This document shows positions 39,365 to 49,368 of a DNA stretch of 64,000 bases, one piece after another. The stretch spans positions 96-64,095 of the forward strand of contig JBFMGO010000010.1 of assembly GCA_040752695.1 (NCBI GenBank). Reading direction: 5' to 3'. The first letter of the stretch is position 1; each line of letters begins with the position of its first letter. This DNA is from a bacterium. GTDB lineage: Bacteria; SZUA-182; DTGQ01. The notes under the pieces are model-generated. The model was not told the origin of the DNA and did not search any database. It saw nothing but the letters and a program-made list of their open reading frames with translations. Made by a program: the position numbers and the translations under genes.

Positions 39365-40531
39365 ATGAAGATAACTATTGCCGAAAGATTGGGTCAGCTT
39401 CCGCCCTATCTGTTTGCTAAAATCGATGTTTTGAAAGGGGAAGCTTTAAGACGTGGAGTAGACATTATTGATCTGGGGATCGGAGATCCTGATCAAGAGA
39501 CCCCTCCCCATATCCGGGAGAAACTGAAAGAGGCGGTGGAAGACCGGGCCAATCACCGCTATCCATCCTATCAGGGGATGCGCACCTTTAGAGAGGCTGT
39601 GGCCCGATGGTACAAGAGGAGGTTCGGGGTAAAGCTCGATCCTGAAACCGAAGTGCTCTCTCTGATCGGGTCCAAAGAAGGAATTGGCCATATCCCTCTG
39701 GCTTTTTTAAATCCGGGTGATATTTGTCTGGTCCCCAACCCCGGCTATCCCGTATACCAGGCGGGAACCACCCTGGCTGGAGGGACTGCTTACCCTGTGC
39801 CCCTCTTGCAGCAAAACCAGTTCCTGCCGGATCTTGCAAAGATCTCCGACCCTCAGGTCCTGGAAAAGGCCAGACTGCTCTTCCTTAATTATCCCAACAA
39901 CCCCACGGCGGCCACGGCTGACCTTGAATTTTTCCGAAAAGTAATAGATTTTGCCAAAAAGCATAACATTGTGGTTTGTCATGATAATGCCTATTCCGAA
40001 ATTTCCTATGACGGGTATCAGGCACCAAGCTTCCTCCAGGCGGAAGGGGCCAAAGAGGTAGGAATCGAGTTTCACTCCCTGTCCAAGACCTACAATATGA
40101 CTGGCTGGCGGATAGGCTTTGCAGCGGGGAATCCCGAAGTTATTGCAGCTTTAGGCAAGGTTAAGACCAATATCGATTCGGGAATCTTTCAGGTGGTTCA
40201 GGTAGCCGCTATCGAAGCCATGAACGGCGATCAGGAATGTATCCAGAAGATGTGCAGGCTCTATCAGGAGCGAAGGGATGTCCTCTGCCAGGGGCTGGAA
40301 TCCATCGGGCTTGCGGTATCAAGGCCGAAGGCGGCCTTTTACCTCTGGATACAGGTCCCGAGAGGCGATACATCCGAAAGTTTTTCGATGCGGCTTCTCA
40401 AAGAGGCTGGAATCATCTGCACGCCAGGTACGGGCTTTGGCAGCTATGGTGAGGGATTTATCCGAATGACTTTGACCATTCCCAAGGAAAGAATGGCCGA
40501 GGCAGTGGAGCGGATCAAAAAGGTTTTATGA
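39365..40531 (+). CDS. class-I PLP aminotransferase (LL-diaminopimelate aminotransferase DapL-like)
   Basis: 'LPPYLFAKID', 'IDLGIGDPD' and 'SLSKTYNMTGWRIGF' (PLP lysine) give strong overall similarity to DapL-type enzymes. Confidence 0.75.
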   Translation: MKITIAERLGQLPPYLFAKIDVLKGEALRRGVDIIDLGIGDPDQETPPHIREKLKEAVEDRANHRYPSYQGMRTFREAVARWYKRRFGVKLDPETEVLSLIGSKEGIGHIPLAFLNPGDICLVPNPGYPVYQAGTTLAGGTAYPVPLLQQNQFLPDLAKISDPQVLEKARLLFLNYPNNPTAATADLEFFRKVIDFAKKHNIVVCHDNAYSEISYDGYQAPSFLQAEGAKEVGIEFHSLSKTYNMTGWRIGFAAGNPEVIAALGKVKTNIDSGIFQVVQVAAIEAMNGDQECIQKMCRLYQERRDVLCQGLESIGLAVSRPKAAFYLWIQVPRGDTSESFSMRLLKEAGIICTPGTGFGSYGEGFIRMTLTIPKERMAEAVERIKKVL

Positions 40532-40650
40532 TAATCTCCCGGAAGACCAAAAATGCCCGGAAAGCCCGAAAGCCGGAAAAGCTCAAGAAGAAAGCCTAAG
40601 GAGGAGGAAAACTCGATGTTGGGGGAGGAAGAGAAAAAGGAGGGAGAACC

Positions 40651-41142
40651 ATGGCAGATGCATATCTTGGCATTGGATCGAACGTGGAGCCTCGCATTTT
40701 GCATTGCTATCAGGCTATCTATCAACTCCATAAGTCGGTCTCTATCTGCGTCCGGTCCTCGTTCTATGAAACCGAACCCTTTGGTTATGAGGAACAGAAC
40801 TGGTTTATCAACCTGGTTCTGAAAATTCAAACAGAGCTCTCCCCACAGGAACTCTTACACCTGACTCAAGGAATAGAAAAAAAACTGGGGAAAAACACCC
40901 CATTCAGGTGGGGTCCAAGGACTATCGACATCGACATCCTTCTGTATGGGGATGAGCAGATCTTCGAGCAGGGTCTTGTCATTCCCCATCCACTTCTTCA
41001 CCTGCGCAGGTTTGTCCTTCGTCCTCTGGCCGAGATCGCTCCGGACCTTTTGCATCCGGCATCCGGCAAGACCATGAGAGAGCTTCTCCACAGATGTCCA
41101 GACCGAAAGGAGGTTAGAAACATTGAGTACTGCAACCAGTAA
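40651..41142 (+). CDS. folK: 2-amino-4-hydroxy-6-hydroxymethyldihydropteridine diphosphokinase
   Basis: 'AYLGIGSN', 'YETEPFGY', 'GPRTIDIDILLYG' and 'PHPLLHLRRFVL' are HPPK motifs. Confidence 0.85.
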   Translation: MADAYLGIGSNVEPRILHCYQAIYQLHKSVSICVRSSFYETEPFGYEEQNWFINLVLKIQTELSPQELLHLTQGIEKKLGKNTPFRWGPRTIDIDILLYGDEQIFEQGLVIPHPLLHLRRFVLRPLAEIAPDLLHPASGKTMRELLHRCPDRKEVRNIEYCNQ

Positions 41143-41938
41143 GGTTACTATCCCCGGATTAAAACAAATGAAACAGGATGGGCACAAAATTGCCGTGCTC
41201 ACCGCTTATGACTATCCCACTGCCCTCCTTTTGGATAAGGCCGGTATCGACATTCTCCTGGTGGGAGATTCCCTGGCTATGGTGGTGCTTGGCTACGAAA
41301 ACACCCTTCCCGTAACCATGGATGAAATGCTCCATCACACCAGGGCGGTAAAAAGGGGATGCAAACGCGGACTTATCGTGGGTGATATGCCTTTTTTGTC
41401 ATTCAATGTAGACGAAAAGAGTGCCATCGAAAACGCAGGCCGGTTTATCAAGGAGGGTGGCGCAGAGGCAGTCAAGCTGGAAGGGGCCGCAGGGCCGGTT
41501 CTACGGACAATCCGCTGCCTTGTGGAAGCAGGCATTGCCGTCATGGGACATATCGGGCTGACACCGCAACTGGTCCACCAGATGGGAGGATTCAAGGTTC
41601 AAGGGAGGGAGAAAAAAGCTGCCGACCTGCTCATCGAAGGGGCCAGAATGCTTGAGGATGCAGGTATCTTCAGCCTGGTCCTCGAAGGGATCCCGGCTGA
41701 TCTGGCCCAGACGATTACCCGGCAGTTGTCCATCCCGACCATCGGCATCGGAGCCGGACCGCACTGCGACGGCCAGGTGCTGGTAACCAGTGACCTGCTT
41801 GGCATCATAGACGCTCCGAAACCGAGATTCGTCAAACAATACACTTCCCTGCACACTATCATGCTATCTGCCATCCAGTCTTTCCGGCAGGAGGTTCTGG
41901 AAGGGAAATTCCCTTCGGAAGAGCAGAGCTACCACTGA
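41123..41938 (+). CDS. panB: 3-methyl-2-oxobutanoate hydroxymethyltransferase
   Basis: 'LTAYDYPTALL', 'ILLVGDSLAMVVLGYENTLPVTMDEM' and 'GDMPFLS' are PanB signatures. 20-nt overlap with folK. Confidence 0.9.
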   Translation: MSTATSKVTIPGLKQMKQDGHKIAVLTAYDYPTALLLDKAGIDILLVGDSLAMVVLGYENTLPVTMDEMLHHTRAVKRGCKRGLIVGDMPFLSFNVDEKSAIENAGRFIKEGGAEAVKLEGAAGPVLRTIRCLVEAGIAVMGHIGLTPQLVHQMGGFKVQGREKKAADLLIEGARMLEDAGIFSLVLEGIPADLAQTITRQLSIPTIGIGAGPHCDGQVLVTSDLLGIIDAPKPRFVKQYTSLHTIMLSAIQSFRQEVLEGKFPSEEQSYH

Positions 41939-42021
41939 AAAACGGCTATCCCAAAATGAGAGAATCAAACCCCTTTAACCTGCCGCAACAAGGTGGAGAG
42001 GGCAGGCCCCTTATGCCTTAA

Positions 42022-42053
42022 GGCCGCGCACACACATGCGCGGCTGTTTTTTT
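42022..42053 (+). terminator. rho-independent terminator after panB
   Basis: 'gccgcgc-acacacat-gcgcggc' stem followed by 'tgttttttt'. Confidence 0.7.
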
Positions 42054-42089
42054 AGCAGTGCTGATTTTCCACGACACGGTGCTCTTTCG

Positions 42090-42818
42090 TTACCACAAAA
42101 ACCAATTGCCACTCATACAGACATAGACGATTAAAATGGCGTTGGAGAAACCGTGAGCTATCATGCATAACCGTATGTCCTTTTTGCGGGCCAGATAAGA
42201 ATTCAGGAGGATTGCATATACAAAGGCCACTATCCATTCATTGTGAGAGAGCGCAAACAATACGGCTGTTCCCCAGAAAGCAAAGGTTGTGTACTCGCCT
42301 ACAGCCACAGTTTTAATGTCAGGATTGATGAGGTAGCGCCATAAAAACGAACGGATGAAAAGTTCCTCAAAAATGGGCACAACGAGGACCGCTCCGACAA
42401 AGCGAAAAAGGAAAAAGGGGACTCGTACGCCCGGCCCCAGGAGGCTGAGATCGATTCCTTTCCTCGATCCTCCGAACAAGCCGAATATGCTGTCCGTTTT
42501 CGCAAAGCCGATAATGAAGTGATAAGGCAGAATCCAGATGACAATCCCTGCAAAACCTATCAGGAGTGCTGGAAAGATATCCGAAAGGCTGATCTTATTC
42601 CCTTTCAGCTCTTGATATTCTTTACGAAAGATCCAAATGAGCACGGCTGCGGCAGAGTAAGCAGCGATGTCTCCGATGAAAATACCATTGGGAAAGGACT
42701 CGGCCGCAGTTTTAATACCCAGGAAAGATACGTAAGGCAGAAAATAAGGAAGGTAAGTCTTCCATATGGATGTGTTTATTGGCATATAGTCTTCCACCTT
42801 TGCTTTTCTTGAGCGCAT
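42090..42818 (-). CDS. CPBP family intramembrane glutamic endopeptidase (CAAX protease / Abi)
   Basis: 'EELFIRSFLWRYL' and 'FALSHNEW' give the EExxxR and HxxxN/H motifs. Multi-TM. Confidence 0.75.
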   Translation of the reverse strand: MRSRKAKVEDYMPINTSIWKTYLPYFLPYVSFLGIKTAAESFPNGIFIGDIAAYSAAAVLIWIFRKEYQELKGNKISLSDIFPALLIGFAGIVIWILPYHFIIGFAKTDSIFGLFGGSRKGIDLSLLGPGVRVPFFLFRFVGAVLVVPIFEELFIRSFLWRYLINPDIKTVAVGEYTTFAFWGTAVLFALSHNEWIVAFVYAILLNSYLARKKDIRLCMIAHGFSNAILIVYVCMSGNWFLW

Positions 42819-43165
42819 ATGTAATAAAATTAAATTAAGGTATAGAGAAAAGAAATTTTAATTATGCATGATATTGAAAATATTAAGAAAACTTAGAGCT
42901 TTCTTCTGTGAGTATACCATGACAAACAAGAAGAGCACAAGAGATACAATGAAGGAAAACAGTATAATAAACGTCAACAAACCCGCTCTTTCGGCAATTT
43001 GACTTTGGCACATTTCTATGATAATAATTGAAGGATGCTACTTCATCAAAGCCTGTCTCACGGCAACCGGGTTATCCCATGGCGCAGGGGTTGTTTCTCC
43101 AGGGCCAAGGGGCCATCTCTGCCGGTCAAACAGACTGTTTCCCGATCGAATGGACTTAAAAGGCC

Positions 43166-44998
43166 ATGAATGACCAGGTCATTTCCCTGACACGACTGAT
43201 TCGGTGGCTCGACCTGAAAATCCAGCAGGCGGAAGCTGCCGGCCGCCACCTGGTCAGGCTGCGGGTTTCTGTCTTTTCTCTTGGCCTTTTGTTTACCCTG
43301 GGGGCTTTGTTTCAACCCTCCATGCGTCTTTTGTGGTACGCTCTGGCCTTGGCCTGTCTTATGGCTTTTACCATACTGGTTATCCGTCACGAGCGGCTGA
43401 GGAAAGAAATCCGGCGTCTTATGCAGCGACGGCGGATCAAAGAGGGCAATCTGGCCAGAACATGCCTGGAATGGGATCGTCTCCCCGTTAAAAACTATCC
43501 TGTCCCTTCCCAGCATCCCTATGCCTGTGATCTGGATATTGTCGGTGAGCGCTCGCTCATGCAGCTTCTGGACACTACCATATCGACCAGAGGCACCCGG
43601 ATTCTCATGGACTGGCTGCTCTGTCCCACCCCAAATGATTTAAAAAACCGCCAGCGGCTGGTCCAGGAGGTTAAAAGGCTTCCTATCTTCCGGGACAAAC
43701 TGGCGCTGGAAGCCTCTTTGGTGTCGGACAGGGAAATTAATGGCAAAGAGATCCTGGCCCGTTTGCAGCATCAACTTTCAGCCTGGATTCCAGGGGCTCA
43801 AAAATGGGCGATCATCTTTTGGCTGCTCTCGATCCTGCTCTTTGGGATATGGCTCTTTTTTCCCATTCCGACCGTCCTGTGGGGCAGTGCCTACCTGGCC
43901 TATGTTTTGATATTTCTTTCCTCTCTGCCCGCTTTGGCCCCTGTATTTGGCCGTGCCAGTTCCCTGCAAACGGAATTCAGGAAGCTGGAAGCGGTCTTCC
44001 TTCTCCTGGAAAAAAAAATCTCGAAAAAAGCTCCTGAACTGGCCAGTTGCTGCGCCCCTTTTCAGGATACACAAAAGAGACCCTCATCCTGCATGAAACG
44101 GATTTCCAGAGTGTGCGATGCACTCAGCATCCAGGGCAATGACCTGGTCCACCTTGGGGTCAACCTGCTTTGCCCCTGGGATTTTTTCTTCGCCTGCCAG
44201 TGGGAAAAGCTGCGCAGGCAACTGCTCAAGGAAATCCCCTTATGGCTGGATGTGCTGGGAAAAGTGGAGGCGGCTTCTGCCCTGGCCACTCTGGCCGCTC
44301 TTAACCCGGATTATACGGTCCCGCATCTTGAGGTGGATCAACAATCCGAAGCGAGCATCCAGGCCGAAGGCTTGAGTCATCCCTGCTTGGCAGCGGAGAA
44401 GCGAAAGACCAATTCCTTTTCCCAAAAGGGTATTGGCAGTCTCGCCCTCATTACCGGCTCGAATATGTCCGGCAAGAGCACTTTTTTGAAAACCATCGGG
44501 ATCAATCTCTGCCTGGCCCAGGCCGGTGGATTTGTCTGTGCGTCATCCTTCCGATCATCCTGGTTTCGCATTTACGGATGCCTCAGAATCAATGATTCGG
44601 TTACCGAAGGGCTCTCTTACTTTTACGCAGAGGTAAAGAGGCTCAAGAGTATCTTAAATGCAGCCGAAAACTGGAATGCCCCGCCAGTTCTGGCCCTCAT
44701 TGATGAAATCTTCAAGGGGACCAATAACCGGGAAAGAGTCATCGGGAGCACCGATTACCTGCGTAAACTGACTCATAATAACCTCGTTGGACTCATCAGC
44801 ACCCATGATCTTGAAGTGACCAGGATAAGCGATCAGGAAAAGGGAAAGATCACCAATTTTCATTTTCAGGAAACCATCGAAGGCGGGCGGATGAAATTCG
44901 ATTACCAGCTCCGCTCCGGCATCTGCCCAACAACCAACGCCCTGAAGATCATGCAGCTCGAAGGACTGCCCGTGGGGGAGACCGCGACCGGGACCTGA
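43166..44998 (+). CDS. membrane-anchored MutS-family ATPase (MutS domain V protein)
   Basis: C-terminal 'ITGSNMSGKSTFLKTIGI' (Walker A), 'LALIDEIFKGTN' and 'STHD' are MutS domain V motifs. The N-terminal half has several TM segments and no mismatch-binding domain. Confidence 0.7.
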   Translation: MNDQVISLTRLIRWLDLKIQQAEAAGRHLVRLRVSVFSLGLLFTLGALFQPSMRLLWYALALACLMAFTILVIRHERLRKEIRRLMQRRRIKEGNLARTCLEWDRLPVKNYPVPSQHPYACDLDIVGERSLMQLLDTTISTRGTRILMDWLLCPTPNDLKNRQRLVQEVKRLPIFRDKLALEASLVSDREINGKEILARLQHQLSAWIPGAQKWAIIFWLLSILLFGIWLFFPIPTVLWGSAYLAYVLIFLSSLPALAPVFGRASSLQTEFRKLEAVFLLLEKKISKKAPELASCCAPFQDTQKRPSSCMKRISRVCDALSIQGNDLVHLGVNLLCPWDFFFACQWEKLRRQLLKEIPLWLDVLGKVEAASALATLAALNPDYTVPHLEVDQQSEASIQAEGLSHPCLAAEKRKTNSFSQKGIGSLALITGSNMSGKSTFLKTIGINLCLAQAGGFVCASSFRSSWFRIYGCLRINDSVTEGLSYFYAEVKRLKSILNAAENWNAPPVLALIDEIFKGTNNRERVIGSTDYLRKLTHNNLVGLISTHDLEVTRISDQEKGKITNFHFQETIEGGRMKFDYQLRSGICPTTNALKIMQLEGLPVGETATGT

Positions 44999-45075
44999 GA
45001 CAAGGGCAGCAGGGTAACAGGGGAAAAAGGCTGGAAACTGGTTGACGGAATAAAATCAAAATTGAAGAAAGAGAA

Positions 45076-45516
45076 TCAAAAGAAACGAATTGCCTGAGAA
45101 GATTCTGTAACTTTTGAATCGACAAGAGAATCTGCGATCGATTGGCTGGTATTGGAATTTTTATTTGATCGTATTATTGGCTGGGAAAAAATTTTTGAAA
45201 GAGATTTGAGGGATACGAGAATAATGGCAAGGGTGCCCAGGAATAAATGCAAACGGTAATCTTTTAAATTTCCCAGATATGTTGGTGAAGAGTTAAGTAT
45301 CAAGAATAAAAACTGAGCGCTCGTAGTTATTCCTTCACTGCAAATTACTATTATAGCTGTTTCCTCAAGTTTAACGGGTTCAAATGAAAAGCTTTTTTTC
45401 CTGTAAATATTGATTGCCCAATAAGCACCTAAAAGCATACACCCAACATATAACCCCCTTGATTTACAAGGTATTGCTTTGCATATTTCCCATACTGAGG
45501 TTAAAGCGCTACTCAA
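45076..45516 (-). CDS. hypothetical membrane protein (AT-rich islet)
   Basis: 146 aa, 3-4 predicted TM helices. Start overlaps the stop of the upstream glycine-zipper ORF (ATGA). Local GC is far below the window average. Confidence 0.4.
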   Translation of the reverse strand: MSSALTSVWEICKAIPCKSRGLYVGCMLLGAYWAINIYRKKSFSFEPVKLEETAIIVICSEGITTSAQFLFLILNSSPTYLGNLKDYRLHLFLGTLAIILVSLKSLSKIFSQPIIRSNKNSNTSQSIADSLVDSKVTESSQAIRFF

Positions 45517-45725
45517 CTCCTTGATCCTTTATTTACGTATATAAATCCAATTCCTCCCCCGATAATACTGCCAATGATTGCTCCACATCCTCCATATATG
45601 TTATTACCTAAAAATGCACCTCCGATTATAGAGGCCCAAACCACGGAATCGAGAAGCGTTTTACGAAACTTTATCGCATGTCCTGAATGACTTTTACTCT
45701 TCAAAACAGTTGATGAATGAGACAT
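45513..45725 (-). CDS. glycine-zipper small protein (bacteriocin/microcin-like or Gly-zipper 2TM)
   Basis: 70 aa. Basic N-terminus, then 'IIGGAFLGNNIYGGCGAIIGSIIGGGIGFIYV'. A GG dipeptide precedes a Gly-rich hydrophobic segment. Confidence 0.5.
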   Translation of the reverse strand: MSHSSTVLKSKSHSGHAIKFRKTLLDSVVWASIIGGAFLGNNIYGGCGAIIGSIIGGGIGFIYVNKGSRS

Positions 45726-46439
45726 TATGTGTTCACCTCCTTATACACTATAATTTTTGATCACGTTAATGATAATTATTAATCTATTATCATATTTTTA
45801 TCATATTTTTTTTTCAAAAGCAACCATAAAATCAAAATTATAAATATTTAATATATAATTTTTTAAATACTTAATGATATTCGATAATCTATTATCTATA
45901 TTCTATAGACGAAAATGAAATTTCCAGAATTATTCTTTTATACCATCCACCGGAGTACAAGAGATAAAATAATGATTGCAATAAATATACCACTATGTTT
46001 ATTTTTGCAGACTTTTTAAAAATACTTAATGTTCTATTTAAATAAATATATAGATACATAAAAAATATCGGCTTATTTAAAAAAATTAGCCACTTAACTG
46101 TGCAACGAATTGCCAACTCCAAAGGGGATTTTATAAAAAGACATGATTTTAAGTAGTTACAGTATGAATGAAAATTCATAATCAGAGCGGAGGAAACAAA
46201 AAAATAAGGGCTGCCGGGGAAAAGATGAAGAGGTGCATATCCATGAACATTGAGCTTTTATTATATTATATTACATGCTATACTGAAGCTGTTGCTCCTC
46301 ATGGCAGGAAGAGTTTTTGAAGAGAGATGCTAAATGACGCACACAGGTGTGCGACGAACACGAAGGGATCACCTTCCTTACCAGGTATACTGATAATTGT
46401 CGATTCCCTTATGTTGATTCCCTTAGAGAGCAGTGAGAC

Positions 46440-47978
46440 ATGCTGATGAAAAATGCAAGACCGCCTCTGGCTGACCGGATGAGGCCGCAGTCCCTGGATG
46501 AATTCGTGGGGCAGGAGCATATCCTTGGCCCGGGCAAACTGATGCGTAAGGCCCTGGAAGAGGACCGGCTTCCTTCTCTCATCCTCTGGGGTCCGCCCGG
46601 CAGTGGAAAAACCACTCTGGCCATGATTATTGCCAGGCTCACGTCGGCGAATTTCATTCCTTTCTCCGCCGTGCTTTCAGGGGTCAAGGAAGTCAAGGAT
46701 ATCCTGAAAGCCGCAGAAGGAGAGAAGCGGTATTACCGGAAAAAAACCATCCTGTTTGTTGACGAGATCCACCGCTTCAACAAGGCCCAGCAGGACGCCT
46801 TTTTGCATCATGTGGAAAACGGTACCATTACCTTGATCGGAGCGACCACGGAAAATCCCTCCTTTCAGGTGATTTCGGCCCTCCTGTCCAGAACGACCGT
46901 TCTCGTTTTTCAGCAGCTTGCCCCGGAGCATATCCGGATTCTGCTGAAGCGGGCCCTGGCCGATCCAGAGCGCGGCCTGGGTGTGGAAAACCTGGAGATC
47001 GAGGAGGATGCCCTGGAATTCTTAAGCCACGCAAGTCACGGAGATGCCCGCACCGGCCTCAATGCTCTTGAATCATGCTTGACCATGCTCCCGCCCGCCT
47101 CAGGCAAGGGCAGGAAAATTACCCTGGCCATGGCTGAGGAGGCACTTCAGCGCAAAGCCCTGCTCTATGATAAAACCGGCGAGGAGCACTATAACGTTAT
47201 CTCCGCTTTTATCAAGAGCATGAGGGGAAGCGACCCTGATGCTGCCGTGTACTGGCTGGCACGCATGCTGGAAGCAGGCGAGGACCCGTTGTTCATCGCC
47301 AGACGGATGATCATTTTCGCCTCGGAGGACATCGGCAATGCCGACCCTCAGGCACTCCAGGTGGCGGTTTCGGCCAAGGATGCCTTTCATTTCGTAGGCA
47401 TGCCGGAAGGATGGATACCCCTGGCGCAGGCTGTCACCTACCTGGCCACAGCACCCAAAAGCAACGCCTCCTACATGGCCTACCAACGGGCCAAAGAGGA
47501 TGTGACGAAGAAGGGACCGCTTCCCGTGCCCCTGCACCTTCGCAATGCTCCGACCGGCTTGATGAAAAAGCTGGGCTATAGTCAGGGGTATCAATATCCC
47601 CACGATACAAAGGAGGGGTTTGTCGTAGAAAACTACCTGCCTGACCAGTTGCGGGAAAAAAGGTATTACTTTCCCTCCAGCAGGGGCTATGAGGGCCTGA
47701 TCAGCCAATATATGGCCAGACTCCGGAAAATCAGGGAGGACCTGCACAAAGCTGGCCAGGAGAAAACAGCCGGGCAGGAGAAACAGGAGAACACTGTTGA
47801 GCAGGAGGAAGAGGACCAGGCGGGCACCGGAAAATCGGGCACCGGGGAAAAGGCCGAAGAAGGCCATATGGACAGAGGAAAATGTGCCGAGCCGGGCCTT
47901 GTGGATACAGGGAACCAAAGCGGCACAGGGAGCCAAAATGAAAAGAGCCCGAAAAAGGGGAGCCCCCTTGATCACTGA
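46440..47978 (+). CDS. rarA: replication-associated recombination protein A (AAA+ ATPase) with acidic/Gln-rich C-terminal tail
   Basis: 'LILWGPPGSGKTTLA', 'ILFVDEIHRFNKAQQD' and 'TLIGATTENPSF' are RarA/MgsA motifs. The roughly 70-aa low-complexity C-terminal extension is unusual. Confidence 0.85.
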   Translation: MLMKNARPPLADRMRPQSLDEFVGQEHILGPGKLMRKALEEDRLPSLILWGPPGSGKTTLAMIIARLTSANFIPFSAVLSGVKEVKDILKAAEGEKRYYRKKTILFVDEIHRFNKAQQDAFLHHVENGTITLIGATTENPSFQVISALLSRTTVLVFQQLAPEHIRILLKRALADPERGLGVENLEIEEDALEFLSHASHGDARTGLNALESCLTMLPPASGKGRKITLAMAEEALQRKALLYDKTGEEHYNVISAFIKSMRGSDPDAAVYWLARMLEAGEDPLFIARRMIIFASEDIGNADPQALQVAVSAKDAFHFVGMPEGWIPLAQAVTYLATAPKSNASYMAYQRAKEDVTKKGPLPVPLHLRNAPTGLMKKLGYSQGYQYPHDTKEGFVVENYLPDQLREKRYYFPSSRGYEGLISQYMARLRKIREDLHKAGQEKTAGQEKQENTVEQEEEDQAGTGKSGTGEKAEEGHMDRGKCAEPGLVDTGNQSGTGSQNEKSPKKGSPLDH

Positions 47979-48006
47979 CGGGTCCTTTGCCCCCTTGAAA
48001 AAAAAG

Positions 48007-49074
48007 ATGAGAGCCGATATGAGCCCTGCTACGGCTGTCATGCATTGTTTGCTCCCTGCGACCGTGCTCCTTGCATCGGCAGTATTCACCTCCGCTGTAT
48101 TTCCTGCCGCCGTGCTGCCTGCTGTCGTATTCCCTGCTGCCGTGCTGCCTGCTGCCGTACTCCCTGATGCTGTCAGCCAGCCTGGAGCACAGGGCCAGGA
48201 TAAGTCGGAAAAGAAAAAAATCCTCTCCTTTGCTGACCACCTCTTTGAGACCGGCGAATATTACCGGGCTATCACCGAGTATTCCCGCTTCCTTTTCTTT
48301 TTCCCCGACGATCCTTTGGTCAAGCTGGTTCGTCTGAAGATTGCCTATGCCTATCAAAGGGGAGAGCAATGGAAGGATGCCCGCCAGCGATTCGATGACC
48401 TGGCGCGAGATTATGCAGAGCAGGAGATCGGTCGGGAAGCCATGTTTCAATCCGCCGAAACCCTGCGGTTAGAAAAAAATTATCCTGAGGCTCTTTCGCG
48501 ATATCAGAGGTTTATCGAGGCGTTTCCGAAAGATGAACGGGTAGACCTGGCCTTTTTCAGGCTCGGCTGCATTCGCCTGGATCTTCATGAATGGCTGGTG
48601 GCGGCTGAGGATTTTTCAAAAGTCGGGCCAAACAGCAGATTTTCCGCTGACGCTGCCCACCTTGGACAGGAGTCCAAACGGCTGGCCTCCCTTCCCCTTA
48701 AAAAACCAGCCCTGGCTGGTATTCTATCGGGCTTACTCCCCGGTGCGGGCCAGATATATAGCCGCCGCTACCGCGACGGTCTTACCGCCCTTTTGGTTAA
48801 CGCAGGATTCATCTGGGGTGCAGCCGAAGCCTTTGAACAGGACCAGAACGTGTTGGGAAGTATCCTGCTCGCCATTGAGTCCGGCTGGTACGCAGGCAAT
48901 ATCTACAGTGCCGTCAGCAGTACCACCAAATTCAACCGCCGGGAAATCGAAAAAAACCTCGCTCCATTGCGGGAGAGATGCTCTTTTTCCTTAAAAATCA
49001 AGGAAGATAAGGGGGAACAAGAGGGAAAAACCGAGCCCCGAGAGTACCATATCAGTTTCAACTTTTGGTTTTGA
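48007..49074 (+). CDS. TPR-repeat protein with signal peptide and C-terminal membrane segment
   Basis: The likely start is MRADMSP (48007), after the rarA stop. 'AAVLPAVVFPAAVLPAAVLP' hydrophobic repeats. TPR-like 'YYRAITEYSRFLFFFPDD...' and 'YPEALSRYQRFIEAFPKD'. Confidence 0.6.
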   Translation: MRADMSPATAVMHCLLPATVLLASAVFTSAVFPAAVLPAVVFPAAVLPAAVLPDAVSQPGAQGQDKSEKKKILSFADHLFETGEYYRAITEYSRFLFFFPDDPLVKLVRLKIAYAYQRGEQWKDARQRFDDLARDYAEQEIGREAMFQSAETLRLEKNYPEALSRYQRFIEAFPKDERVDLAFFRLGCIRLDLHEWLVAAEDFSKVGPNSRFSADAAHLGQESKRLASLPLKKPALAGILSGLLPGAGQIYSRRYRDGLTALLVNAGFIWGAAEAFEQDQNVLGSILLAIESGWYAGNIYSAVSSTTKFNRREIEKNLAPLRERCSFSLKIKEDKGEQEGKTEPREYHISFNFWF

Positions 49075-49237
49075 TTTTGTATTATTACCGGCAATCTTCT
49101 GCCTCCGTGCATAACGGAACCGGCGAACACCCGTCCAGTGTATTGAGAATGCAATAATAATACGAAGGCTTTAGATCGGAAACGAACAGCCTGAGACTAA
49201 AATTGATGACGAGGGGGGACATGAGGGGGTATTAATC

Positions 49238-49351
49238 ATGATAACCAAAATTAAAGAATTGGAAACGTATGAAAGAGTTGTGCTGGGAATTTGTGGGTCC
49301 TTCACCTTGTTGATACTGGGTTTGATTTTGATGAATGCATTGATGCACTAA
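49238..49351 (+). CDS. 37-aa hydrophobic small peptide (unannotated)
   Basis: ATG at 49238 is preceded by 'gagggggtattaatc'. 'MITKIKELETYERVVLGICGSFTLLILGLILMNALMH' has a single TM segment. A perfect terminator follows immediately. Confidence 0.4.
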   Translation: MITKIKELETYERVVLGICGSFTLLILGLILMNALMH

Positions 49352-49368
49352 ACTAACCGAAGAATGCC

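Noticed and set aside
40553-40822. 89-aa ORF spanning the dapL-folK gap, a possible upstream leader peptide.
   Set aside because: It overlaps the folK start in another frame. Its Lys/Glu-rich composition comes from a purine-rich spacer. No independent support.
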